Below are positions 47,549 through 61,160 of a stretch of 64,000 nt of DNA, one piece after another. Every line of letters begins with the position of its first letter. Position 1 is the first letter of the stretch. Both the position numbers and the translations under genes were made by a program. The notes under the pieces are model-generated. The model did no database searches, was not told the DNA's origin, and saw only the letters and a list, made by a program, of their open reading frames with translations. This stretch comes from Takakia lepidozioides (Eukaryota > Plantae > Bryophyta): assembly GCA_030704615.1 (NCBI GenBank), contig CM060732.1, positions 48,546,001-48,610,000 of the forward strand, given 5' to 3'.

Positions 47549-50500
47549 TTGTGCTTCCCTCTTTGCTTGAGACCTACCCAATTCTGGCCCCTCATCCTTG
47601 CATTGTATGTGACAATCCTCAATGTCAGTGGGCTGCCCGTGGCAATGGTTACAGTTCTAGTATATTGTTTATCAAACAGTGCCAGTGCAGTCACAGAAGG
47701 TGGTGATGCTTGAGGCAAGAGCAAATACTTTAAGATATAATAGATACCAAGGTTCAGACCAGAGGTAGAATTAACATGGAATGGAAGGACGGGACTTCCA
47801 GCCACAAGTCTTCTTGAAACTAGATGCTCAAAGCGGGACAATTTCTGCTTCAATTGTTCAGGTTGAGAAAGAATCAAAGACCCAAACTCAGCCTGGACTT
47901 TACGCAGGTCTTAACTTGGTGTCCCCATGGAAGGTTGAGAACAGCCTCCACGATGAAGCGCTGATGGAATTATGAGCCCTTGCGAATTCGAGCTAAACCT
48001 ACGGGGGATTTCGCAAAATTGGCAGCAGCATTGCGGTGCCATCCTGTATGTTCCTCTCCTGTGCACGAATGGTTCTATTACGCGCTCCCAAGATAAAGTG
48101 TGTGCGATGGATGAACGCCAGAGTGATGAAATTTTTTTCGCACCGGTTCTATAGCCGGTAGGTGCGGCGTCAGGTTAAAGGAGGTTGGGGGTCAATGCAC
48201 TGCCGTTTTCCTGAAAACCCGCCGATCCAAAATGCCCTGTTACTAACCTCTTCGGCTCCTTAACCCGGCAGGTGCGGCCTAGCCCTTATTAAGTTTTTTT
48301 TTTCAAACAGGGGATTAAGTTTATTATAAAGTTTATTTGTGGGGAAAAAAATGAATTTATTTCCCTCACCCCTCCTAATAGAAATTATATCGGCTTTGAT
48401 ATATGCTATGTTAAAATCATAACATCTCTCTCCTCCATTCAGCATTCAGTTACCATTTGTCACTGGTAGTGCGGAGCATCGCGAAGCCCTAGTTTATTAT
48501 TAAGTCTATTTGTGGGGAAAAAAATTAAAACCCCGGGGTACACCATAAGGCACACACCGTAGTGAGTGACGAACAAGGCCTCAACCCTGAGGAGAACATA
48601 GGCAGTAATGCCCCAAACTGAGAAGACTACCAGTGGTGTGATAGTGGAGTAGTAGAGTGCTAAGGTGAGGGGATCTCTCAGAATCTATTCCCTACAGCTT
48701 CGAAGTTCAGCGAAACTGAAGTCTAGCAGTTTTTTTTTTTTTAATAAACAGGGGGACTGCGGCCCTGATTAATTTTATTGGCTCTTCCCTATAAGGGAGA
48801 GACCACGCATTGGTGCCAAAATTGAGTAAGATCCTGATATACCTCCACTTTCACATAACAGATATTCTAATATGAAGATTGAATGATGCTTAGGTTTTTT
48901 TGATTATAGGGAATTTACTTTTTTTTATAAAAACAAATCTACAAATTAAATAAAGTTTTTCCAGGGTCTCTGTCTCTGCCCTTGTTATACACATATATTT
49001 ATTTCAATATAAAATTATAAATAAGTATTCTACTCTCAGGGTGGAGCGATTACGCGACTAGCCACTTGTTATAATATGTTTTTTTGGAGGACAAAGCCCT
49101 TACAGTATTTTTACTTTGCAACACCACTGGCCAGTTCCATGGTATTAGAATATTCACAAAAAGATTTATCCATCGGTTCTTAATAGACACAATTTGTGGT
49201 TATCATCTGGTGGTATTTTTTTAAAAAATTTGGTGGTATTCCAATTGTAATACCAGCCGGTTATCAACCCGGGTATAAATAACTTAATTTAATTTAATTC
49301 CAATTTATAAGCATACCTGGTTTCCCAAAGAAACGTCAGTGCTGCTTAGTGCTCAGTCCACCTCCTTCAGCGTAATCTTCTATGCTGTCTCTTAGTTCTC
49401 GTATCTCCTTGCTTTCCAAGGCCTTGAATCTTAGCCTCGCTCCTCCTTTTTTATTTTTTCTTGTCCCCCCCTTTTTACCCCTAGGTCCTGGGAGTTTCCC
49501 CGTGCGTACTTGCCTTCATGGCCCCTCAGTGGTTATTTTTCACTACATGTATCCAGCTTTTCTAATATATACCAGGGCTTCCATCCTCTGTTCTCTAAGA
49601 AATAAAAAAATAATTTTTCTGTTGCAAATTAAGCCCTTTGCATTGTAAATATGCATATTTTGTCGATATAAGTAAAATAAAGAGAAATCAATTAGGAAAA
49701 TTGATTCCTAGTCTAATTGTCCAACACGGCCAAATCTGCAATGCAGAGATTTTTCTGATCCATCATGTTGTACAAAAATCTCTTGATCAAGGAGGGACTC
49801 AACAAGGAGTGGTATCTGCACCATGCACCATGTGCATGGTCCTTGTTTTTACCCCTAGTACGGGTATTGCCCAGGCATTTCATTAGCGAATACCAGCCTA
49901 GATAGGGTATTGACTTGATACCCAGCCAGACCCTATATACCAGTCCAACTGCTTCATACCTTAGCCATGGATTTGATGAAGCGGCCGGATTACTTGATAT
50001 AATAGTTGGGTTATACCTACCTCTCTCAACATCTCTATCTACAACTCAAAGATGGCACAAAAGTTCATGGGTTAGGGCGATGCCGCCACAAGAGACAATG
50101 AGCCATCACAAACTGATGTGGACTTCAATTGCAACAGTGTGGGGATTTTCACATTTCATTTCCTGAATTTATATATGTATAGTTGAGTTTGAGGTGCCGT
50201 TATAGGATCAAATGTGTAATGCATATAGGGTTGGAATGAAATTCACTTAGTTTACTTAATTGGGTTGCTTTAGTGATAGATGCATTAACGAAGGGCACTG
50301 TGGGTTAGGATAAAGTGAAGTGTTGAAGCAGACTAGCTTTGGGGGATGGTCGTTTTTTCTTTTTCTCAGCTCTCTTCTCTCTTTGGGATCAATCTCGTGA
50401 GGAAATTTACATTTGGGAGGAACATGTTACCTTATCAAGCAAATCTTACTGAAGGTGATTACATTTTTCGTGTGAGAGATCTCTAGTGTGTATAAGTTAG

Positions 50501-53500
50501 AGCAAACAGAAAGCTTGGGAGCTGAAAAATGAGCCAGTCATCCAGGTGTGTGGCCGAAGCGTCATAAATACGTAGGATTCAAAATACACATATACACCAA
50601 AAATTCATTATGACCCAACTTTGTATACACACACTTTAGGTTAGATATTAATGGCGTTTCATCTTGCATCATCCATGTCCAATGGCGATAGATAATGTTT
50701 TCATCCAACTTAAAAGCCTTCATCCTTAAACATTAATCATCATGTTTAATATGTCTAGAACATGCGTCCAGCACCAATTAAACGAAGGCCAAGCCTACTA
50801 ACTCTCACTATACTACACTAACACATAGACTAATATGAGAGTATGTCATGTTAGTTCTAGAATGTTATGAGACATGTCAGATCCTCTTCAAAAAATAATA
50901 TATCATTTATCATCACAATATAGTGGCTCATTTATTTATGTATGCAAACTAATTTCATGTCTTGTGGATCAATTGCTCATTTTTTCGTTGTTTACATGGC
51001 ATAAAATCAGATTTGGCTATTAGAAATTTTTATGTAATACAAAATGTGTTCATTTTTTACATAGTAGAGACTAATTTGCCCTGTGCCATTGAAGAGATAT
51101 TGTACCGTTGTTTTATATTCCAGAAAAATCCAATTTGTTATTTTTCATGAATTTTCTATTACCAGAAATACTTGAAATTCAATATCTCCCACACTGTAGA
51201 TCCAAAAATTATGAAACCACCTCAATGCACTCCTACTCATCAAGGGCTTTCCAGCGATATCAAGACCCCGGGCGGAGACCTTGCGGTTTAGGAGATCTCA
51301 ACGACAACACAAAATAACCTCGCTTAATATATTGATTTCTCTTATTGCATAAAGAATTGCACCTATATTTTGGAGAATTCCTCTAGACTTGCAAAGGCCC
51401 TAAGAGCTTTACACTCCTATCAAATTTTCTAAATGGCATATACGACATTAGATTTACACCAAACATGCCTCATCAAGTAGCCCACCTATCCACATTTTCT
51501 CAGAAATATTGTTGGCAAGTTCTTGGGTACCTCATTTGTACTGAGGATCTAGAAGGGGATGTCTTCAGATTCGTTGGACCTGTACTCACCATTTTGCGTT
51601 AAAAACAATGTTTGGCTGGAGATAAACTCAGATGTAGATGGTTCACAACCTGGGGCTATGCATGATTTCTCCCTAGTATCATTTCTGAAAGAATCATGTA
51701 ATGTCATTCTTTCTCTCGATGAGTCTGAGTACCTAGGTATGACCTTAAACTTTCTTAAGGAAATTGGCGTGGGTATTCATTTCCTCCTGCCATGTATTTC
51801 AAGTAATTAGAGGGGGACTACTTTCTTTTCAAAGGTTGCTCATTTATGATCGCATTTGGTTATGAAATAAACAATGCTTAACTTCTTATGTCTTGAGCAA
51901 CAATTTAGATTTGAGGCATTTTCTCTGGTTTGTCATCTTACTTTACACAAAATTTCTTTCGTTTATTTTTAATTAATATTTCCATTCTATGCGCTACCTG
52001 TGGAATCCATAGTATAGTATTAAAACATGGAAAAAAAAAATCATAATTTTATAAGAGTTTGTACAAGTCCATTCAAGATTTTATGATAAACAAGTTATGG
52101 AATGTGGTGTAAACAAAGTGCATATAGAATTGAAATCCGACCAAAGTGATCATTCGAGTATCCCTAATGTTGTAGATGCATGAGACTGTTAACAAGGAGC
52201 TTGCTTCTCGCTAGTGAGAGCTTCGATCTTCGAGTCAATTGCCAGGACCTGCTTCATCTCACTCGCCATAGCTTCAACCTTTATGTTCACTTCATGCACC
52301 CGCTGGGCCACCAAGTCAGTTTTCTCCACCACGGCTTCTGCACATGGGCCAATTTCACATCCATTATCTTCTCGAAGTCATTCAATTTTTGTTCCATCCC
52401 CTGTTGATTGAAGCCGACGCAAATAAACCTCAAGCTATAACTCAGTAGCAGCAGTAGTTGAGACCACAATAGTAGGTACTTTGAACTCCTTCGTGTTCAA
52501 TATAGTGCTACGTCGTTAAGGCGTCCATAGCTTGTGTCCATGGTTACGTAGTTGCTTTTCCACATCGCAGTTTCAATGTTCTTTTACGGGATTAGGTCCA
52601 AGGCACTAAAAAAGTTGCCTCGTCAAATCTGTTCAACAATTCCATTGAGAAACAAAAACCACTACAAATTTTCAGGGCAAGAATGATGGTCTCGAAATCC
52701 ACTGCTTGGTTCCACGCCAGGAACGTCCGCGCCGCCGTCTCCTTGGTGATTAAGGCCACCCTTGCCGATGATCACGGATCTGTGGAGGCGGTGATTCGCG
52801 CGTGCAAGGCGCGGTACACCACGCTCCAAGACATGGATGCCGAACAAATTGACAGCCTGGTTCACATATGCCGCCTCATCACATCCGACCTTATTCGGCC
52901 TAGACCACTATTGCCGCTGGACCTAAAAAAATTGGACTACCTCGCGCCAACATGGAAAATCCTATGGGACCTCGGCACATACCATATATGAGGATGTGGC
53001 CAACGCCGACATGTTGCATCCGAGACGATGCACGACATGTTCGAGGAAGCTCGAAGGGCTCCAACTCTTCTCCCTCCTACCGCAAAAGCGTGTCAGGCCA
53101 ATCCAGTTAGCCATCACCAACACCATCTTGTGGCCGTTTGCAACAAAAGCAACGCCGATAGTCCAGAACCATCCCGGTCTAGAAAGCATGAGCAATGACG
53201 AGCTGTGGAGATTGTGAGTCTGCCCCCGAATGCTGCTTGCTTTGGGGGAGGAGGGTACTATAGGTGGAGTCAATGCACGTGCCGAACGATGGGAGATCAC
53301 TTGCGTCTCTTGATGAAGATAGTGACCCGAATCTGCTCCAAATATGTCATTTGACGAACTTCAGCAACAAACGTCAATGCTAGAATCATGATGAAATCTC
53401 ATTGCTTTGAGGTTCAACCGAGCATAAGTGTGAAAATGTAATTTGAACCCCTAAAGGCCGGAGCAACCTGAATCGGGTCGCAGCCGATTTCATCCACGGA

Positions 53501-56500
53501 ATAACTTTTGTGGATGAATTCGGATAAAAAAACTTTTCTGAAAGAAAGGTGAACGGGGCAATTATTGCCACACGTATGCCCCAAAAACCCTAAACTCCGC
53601 TCGCTACGATTTTTCAAAAGGGCAGGAAGACCCTAGATCGACGGATCTGAGGTTGCCACCGCCGTTGACCAGCTGCCGACGCGGATCTGAGACTGCCAAC
53701 GCTTCACGGCGAATGGTGGGGGTGGGGGTGGGGGGTGGGGGGGGGGGGGCGCCTTATGTCACCTGTTGGAACTGCCTTTCTGGGCCTGAGATGGAAGTGA
53801 CTGAAAAACTCACTAAAAATGCCATCTACAGAGTAGTTTTAGGTTTTTTTCAAAAAACATTTGTAGATTCCTCTTCCCCTTTTGGCAATGCAGCTATGCA
53901 CCAGAGGTACCTCTTTTTGGGCCAAAAACACTCTTGACGTTTAGGGGTTAAGACAATATAGTGTAAAAAGGTCAATATTGGCATAAGATTAGGAGAACTT
54001 TGTCCTTGAAGATGTGGCCAACACCAGATTATTACATCAATTTGGTCCTCAATCTAGGAAACCCAATTTGAGTCATTAAACTAACATCCAACTAGTGTCA
54101 ACCCAAACTCCTCAATGATATCCTTTATAACCAGAAGTGACATAAGAAATTTGGCATGTCCAAATGATTTGAATAGCTGAATGAGTATATTCTATTTACT
54201 GAAATATGGAAAACACAAGCAGAAGTCGTGTTTAAGATCGTATTGTAACTCGGGGTCTATCTCTTTTGGATGTTGGAACTTGATCACATAACCTGATCAC
54301 TACCTCTAGGTTGTTAAAACCATTCAACCAAATTAAATGTCTAATCATGCATATAAAACCAAAACCAAAGTAACATCATTAACATTATTATTTTTTTACG
54401 TCATTGGTAAAATAAAAGTATAACATACCGTTCTATTTGCAAATTTAGTCGTACGATATCAATATCCAGCAATGGATGAAGAATCTTGTTCTCCCGGTTG
54501 TTGGCATAGTCAATGATAGCATTGTAGTTCTGTATATAATTCGACATCAATTTCATTAAGATAACTTACAATAGCGGGAAGAAGGGTGTCTTCACAAGCT
54601 TCTGGAGAAGTGGGTGCAGAAAATCTTTGTTTAGTGAATCAACTGTCTCGTAGTCACAGTCCACTACTCCTTGAGATTCCTGCAAATGTTGCACTGATAT
54701 CCTACTTTAGCCCCAGAGAACCACACCTTCATATACATGCCCTACTCCCTAATTTGCCATGTTCGTGTCACCGGTAAGGACGTTGTAAGAGCAGAAGAAA
54801 AGGGGAAGGTGGATCCCCAGATTAGTTTATTTTGTGAGGACCTGCTGGCATGGCTTTTTTAGAGCAGGCCATGGCACTAGCAGCAATTTGGACCCCGACA
54901 TGAAAATGTAACTCTCTTCATTACTTCCACTTCCCCGAATAGCTGCAAGCCTCCAAGCCACCATGGTCACAGTCATTTACCCACACATCCCCAAAGGCAT
55001 TCATAAACCCTTCTTTGTCTGCAGACCTGCACACTATATTCCTTCCATTAAAACTCTAATATCTTCCAAACTCTTGACTCATGCATGTCATCCTCTGTGC
55101 CCCCCTTAAAACCCTCAACCCCTGTATTAAGCTTGCCTTACTCTACCTGGAACCCTGTCTCTTTTCGCCTTTCCAGTCTTGTAGCAAATGAATGTAAGGT
55201 TTACCAAGACATTCAAGTAGAGCACATCCTTTGGGCAGACTTGGTATCTTTGGTACCATTGAGTCACCGACCATACCAGAGTTTTCATAGAGAAGATCAC
55301 CCTTCTCAATTTCTGCCACTCTAGAACTCTTCCAACTAACTCTCTGAAGTCACGGATTGAACACACGAGATGCCATAGTTTCCGCCAACAGTGCGTGAGA
55401 AAATGGGAGGGAGCTCCCCCTTTCTCCTAGGTTTGGAAAAAAAGTTGGGATTTTGAAAAATCTGGCAGCCACAAAGGGGAGGTGCAGGTGATGACGGATA
55501 AACAGACAAAGTGAAAGTAAAAGTGACAGCCAGTACAGCTACCACAATTCCCACAAGCATTGCCATTTGAAGCCAACCCAACTTCTCGCCATCCTTTGAC
55601 GATCCCCCATTCGCAATTTCTGCAATCATCTCTCTTGGCACGCTCCCTCCTTACCTATCCATGTTCCCCTACCGAGTATCTGTACATCTGCCTCTGTATG
55701 TACCTGCCTCTGTATGTACGCGACCTTTCCGACAATTCCTTTCTCACTTCTCTCTCCTTCGATCACCAAAATTCCACTCTGCTAATTTTCTTCCCCCTTG
55801 TCTCGTCTGCCATCTATCCTCCAAACATAGTTGCACCCACACCAAGTTCTGTGAAAACTATGTGAATTCTCCTCCTCCGTCTCTCGCCTTTCATCGATCT
55901 TCCGACAATATCTGCAACAATACCAAGCTTGCAACGGAATGTGAAGCCTCTCCTCCAATCGCTAGAAAAATTCTCGGCCATTGAAACATCCAGGGCATGG
56001 GGCCCTCTTTTATAGTCAGAGATGCAACAAATTTGCACGGAGCAAGCTTGCCGTTTTGGGGGGGGGGGGGGGAAGTCCTGACGCAGAATACGCCATGCGG
56101 CACATTCTTAGCGACTTCGTGGGCGTTGAGACCAACTCGCCCCCTCTCAACTTCACACTACCTTTCCTCCGTCTTTATCAGTGTGACGAGTCGAGTCGGC
56201 ATCATTGAGAGAGTAGGAAAAGGCATGCATAGTTGTAGGGACCTAGTTGGAGTTTTCTAATCTTTCAAGCAACGTTAAAAGCAGGTGTGGCATATTTTGC
56301 CTCTTTTTCGGCCTAATTCTCAGGCCGAATCGGCCACCCAGGGTAGAATCGGCAGAGATGGCCATTGACGCACAGAAAACGGCAGTCGTACCACCGGGGC
56401 TCACGTCATCAGCCATCAACCTCACAAGATTTTCATCCAAGGCTCGCCCCGTTTATATCCTCTCCGGGGCTCTGAATCTGGGCAATCGATATGGGATAAT

Positions 56501-57106
56501 CGAACCTCAATCATATTGCGCCACGTAGCGGCGAGAATCCGCCACACCTGCTTTCAACGCCAGTGAAGGGGCCGCGTTGGCCGACTCTGCCCTGTGCGCG
56601 GCCATAGGGCTCGCCCAAAGGCCGCTTACAGGGCAGAATCGGCCAAACACGACCCGTTCTCTAGTACGTTGCAGGATGCGACCGGCAGGTCGGAAGACAG
56701 CCCCACAAACGTTGACCTGACGTCCAGAACAACAGCGCCATCCTCGCAGTCTCAGTGTGACTTCCCGAAAGAAAACAAAAGCAGCAGTCGGAGTGATGAG
56801 CACAAGTGAAAGCCATCAACGCGAATGTTGTCGTGTGACGTGGCATCTTGGCCCCTCAAAGTAGGCCGTGGACACTGCGTTATGCAATAAGTGATTAGGG
56901 TTCGGGATTGACCATTGCTCTCTGCAAGGGCATGAATCCATGATGGAGGTTGGAGGTGCGTTGTAATAAGTTGTTACCAAAATGGGTTCAAGTGTAAAGG
57001 ATGCGGGAGTGTGAGGAGGAGATCGAAGGCAGGAGGGACAGAGGAGATTCATATGTGCTGAGATACAGCAAGCAGGGATACTTGAGAGCGTTTTGAAATA
57101 CTGAAG

Positions 57107-58944
57107 ATGGCAGAGATCGCGAAGGAAGTGTCGACAATAGGGGGCATTGTGACGGTATCGGTCCTGCACTCCTTCATCCCGACGCATTGGCTGCCCTTTT
57201 CGGTTGTGGGTCGCGCTCAAAAGTGGACGATCTCTCAGACCCTTCTTGTCAGTAAGTGGTTCACTCTCTCTAGCGCTCTCTAACCCAAACTCATACTCAT
57301 AGCCTGCATAACTTCGATCGAACTTGACCGTTCTGATTTATTCCTTCTCCAGCTGTGGCCTTACACTCTACACCATCTATCTGAAGCAGGCAATCACATG
57401 CACTCCGTAGTGAAAAGCCTGGGCTAAGTGAGCCTAAGCAGACACAAGTAAGGTTTGGGTTTTTGGTGCTCTTAAGTTTGGGGCGGCGAGCTTAGAACGT
57501 ACTCAATTATGGAAGCCCCAGCCCATACTTCATGCCCAGATCCAGTCCATCTGTCCATTGAAGAGATTAACCACCGTATCTTAGTCTACACCTAGATCAT
57601 TTGTAGAAAACAGCCACATGCAAGTCTGTTTTATGTTAGGAAATCTCAACCACATCCATCATCTACTTAGGTGCCTTAACCAACTCGGCTTTGAAGCAGA
57701 AATGCTTCTCTCGGATTATGTGGGGGAGGGTACTAGGGGTTAAGCAGGAAGTTGTATGAATGTCCATGACAAGCTGCCAGCTGGGCGGAATTTGATTCAC
57801 TGATGGAATGGGGATCCTTAAAGTCATCAATTGACTTCTTGGGATGCAATTTGGCCATACTGGACTGGACATAGTGGACTGCTATCTATTTGCAGGTTCA
57901 TGTATACAGTCAGACCTTAGGGTCTTGTACAAGCAGGTCAAGAGGGCCACAATAAGTAGGGATGGGTATTGCTGCTTGATTTTCTCCTGGTCTGACTGTT
58001 TTAGGACCGAGACTGAATGTTAAACAAATAGTTGAAAACTGACATGCCTTCACCATTTGCCATGATCTCAGTTCAAATTAACTGGCAAGGCACAGGTGGA
58101 AATTTGCTGTGTCCAATGGTGACAGCTCTTTCTGAATTCTTGTTTATCTCAATGACATACATCATGATATCTTTCATGTGGTATAAATGTCAGACCAGTG
58201 GTGTCCCTTTGGCAATGTCTACTCTGGAAGCCCAAAACTTTTGGTAGAGTTACAACGTCTTCAGATTGAGGAGTTAACAAGCTCTTTTGGCAAGAATTTG
58301 CTATGTGTGGAGCAAGTTTGGCTTCTTTTTGGTTTTCTAAATCGATGCTGAATGGGATGGTTGCAGCCGCATTTGGCGCGGTGTGTCATGTGTTGTCCAC
58401 ATCACTGTTGGGCCTCACAGCAATCAAGATGGCCAGTACCTTAGCTGGAGAAGAGACTGTGCACAGACTTGCATCTCTACTCCTTGTCATCCTGGGCTTG
58501 GGGTACATACTTCTATTCATGTTTGGGAAGGGAGGCCATGGGCATGGAGCACACAACCACTCTATGGAGAAAATGGCTGTTGCAGGCCTAATCCTCGTGC
58601 CGACTTTATCTCCATGTGCCACTACTTTGCCTGTATTTCTTGCAGTAGGGAATGCCTCCTCTGGAGAACTCTTTTTTGCAATCTTTGTCCTTTTGATTAG
58701 CACTCTTTCAGTTATGCTCACATTGGTGGCCCTCTCTTTCTATGGGGCAGCACAGCTTAAGTTCCATTGGATAGAATGCTATGACAAGCTTTTGGTCGGC
58801 ACAGTGCTTTGCCTGGTGGGTGTTTTGACTTATGTTTTCCATGACCACAAGGGGGAGGGACATTCTGGTGGGGCTGAAGCCGGCTTGTTATCAAAACATT
58901 TCCACACCGAACTTCACCAAAGAAAGATGTTATGGTTCTCCTAG
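57107..58944 (+). CDS. His-rich multi-pass membrane protein, NiCoT/UreH/RcnA-like (putative metal transporter), 240 aa, 2 exons
   Basis: Exon 1 is 57107-57251 (..VLHSFIPTHWLPFS..). Exon 2 is 58367-58944 (GHGHGAHNH loop, LSPCATTLPVF, several hydrophobic helices). Total 723 nt in frame. Confidence 0.85.
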
Positions 58945-59685
58945 ATGTGTTTTGTGAATTCGCATGAGTGTCGGACATGGGTTTGAGACATGATTCCAAT
59001 TTGCTTGCCGAACATACTTCTACTCTCGTTTCCCAAACCCACTTTTGCTTGGGGGGTTGCAAAACTTAGGCACAACTGCTTCTGTGGCTAGTCCTGAATG
59101 TGAAAACAGGGCACCTATGTGAACTATTTGCACTTTTGCCCAGTCCCGCTTCTAATGAGAAAGCCACTGGTTTGTCTGTTTTGGATGCTACGATAACAGC
59201 AGGCCAAGCAGATCCTTATATTGAAGTGCAGAAGGCACACCATCCCTTGTTGTGCAGGCCACATTGCCATAGTTTTCCATCTCATGTGAATAAGATTTCA
59301 GGCAAGTTAGTTTTGTTAGGCAAGCCTTGGTTACTAAGCATTCCAGATGCAATGTGAAGCTCAATTGTTTTGTACTTATGCACCTAGAGTAGACCCCATG
59401 CCTAGTTTGGATGCAAACTTACAGAGTTTGGAGAGTGTGAATAAAGAGAAGACTTCAATATATGAAGCAATGTAGTTTGTTTGTTTTGTAGCGTTGAGAT
59501 CATCTCCCAAACTGCGGGGCTCAACCCTGGTGCTTCGTACCGACCCTCAATGAGGAGGGGTGGCCAACTTCCATGGAACTGCCAAGATTGCACTAGATGA
59601 CAAAAATGACACCTTGCTTCCATGTGTTAATTCTCGCCCGTGACCAACATAGGTAAGCGCAATACCCGGGAATTTGTTGCAAGAT

Positions 59686-59839
59686 TTCATGGCCGATATG
59701 CAGTATGTAATCGCTGCTTTTGACCTACTCTACTGTTCATGGCCGATCCGATAATCCGGTATGTAATCGTTTTTGACCTACTCTACTGTACCTGGGTTCC
59801 TGGCCGATAATCCTTAATCGCTTTTGACCTATTGTACTG
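59686..59839. repeat. Three degenerate ~50-bp tandem units
   Basis: TTCATGGCCGAT..TAATCG..TTTTGACCTA..TACTG repeated three times. Confidence 0.7.
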
Positions 59840-60969
59840 GGTCCATTTCTTCTAACTTACCTGCTCTGAAGGTCACCTTTGTGCACATTGCTTGTAAGTT
59901 GTAGGGACCCGCCACCTCGCCAGACCTGCCATCCCACGGGACCCACCCTTTGCCAAGTGACAGCCTCCATTGGTCCTGGCCTTGGACAGCGAGGCAGACC
60001 TACTGCCAGATTGCTTCCTATGCACATAAAAGCAACCATCTATGCCACTAGTCGGCCATGCTCCACTGACGTTGTCCAACTTTGGATAACTTGGCCAGGC
60101 AGATACATGGAAGTTGGCCCTTGGTCTCAGTATTTTTGGACATGCCGTGTGGGAGATATGGAATTTCAAGTACTTTTGGTCGTTGGAAATTCGTGAAAAA
60201 TAGCAAAGTGGGCTCAAGTTCCTGGAAGAATGATTGGATATATTACTACTCAACAAACTCAACAAAACAAAAATAAAATAAAATAAAATCATGGAAATAT
60301 ATATATATATTTATATATATATATATTCCATATATGATTGTATATACAGAAAAAAAATTAATATAAACTACTAACTCTTTCACCAAACTCCAATCTTTGA
60401 ATCACATTAAGTTATGTTGTTGCTCATTTTGTTCATGTTTACAATATTCTTTAAACATCAGTTCACTCATGTACCACACATTCTTTGTAACTATACAAGC
60501 CTCAAACAATGGACTCTCTTGCTTTTGCAAAACATAAAAGGAAGGTGAGAGTAAGGGCCTGTCTCAGTACAACTTTACACGGTGTAAGGCCCTTTGGCCA
60601 AATTTTCTCCGTTGAATTGAACATGTTGCATAGTCTCTCTCTCTACAATAGAGCCAACAAACATCCAACTTCACTTTTGTATATCGATTTCAGTTCTCCA
60701 CACATGGGCCTCGACTTGGGTACATAGGAGATTGCACTTGGACTTGGATGACACTGTACACTTGGGGCCAACTGGGGCCAACTGCACGGGCTACCCTAGT
60801 GTAATGTAAGTAAGCAGTTAGTCTTGTAATTAGATGAAAGTAGATCATGTGAGATGTTTTCATCCATAATAATTTAGAATCTCAAAACAGTAGATATTCA
60901 TTTTTTTTTCATGGTCATTTTTCATTTTTCTCTTGGTCTCTTTGGTTATTGTAGGACTGTTTTGACAAC

Positions 60970-61160
60970 CACTTGTAGCCCAGTAGTAATGAGCACATAC
61001 CACTTCAAAAGTGGTCGTGGGTTCAATCCACCGATTGGTGTCACAAAGGTGTCCACCTTTCCGCCAGAAGGCGGTAGCCCTTTTGGATAAGAGGCACCAT
61101 AATTTATGCTTCTTTGGGGAGACGTCGGTGTTTACTTTACCGCTGTTATTTTTTTTCTTC
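60970..61160 (+). mobile_element. tRNA-derived SINE-like element
   Basis: A-box-like TAGCCCAGTAG at 60976, B-box-like GGTTCAATCC at 61020, and a T-run tail near 61150. Confidence 0.4.

Noticed and set aside
52180-53933. Possible MULE remnant (coiled-coil fragment, G-rich tract, GAGTGTTTTTGGCCC end)
   Set aside because: No partner TIR, TSD or transposase motif was found.
55336-55641. Short ORF with one transmembrane segment
   Set aside because: It could be a real small or first-exon gene, but no recognisable homology or downstream exons support it.
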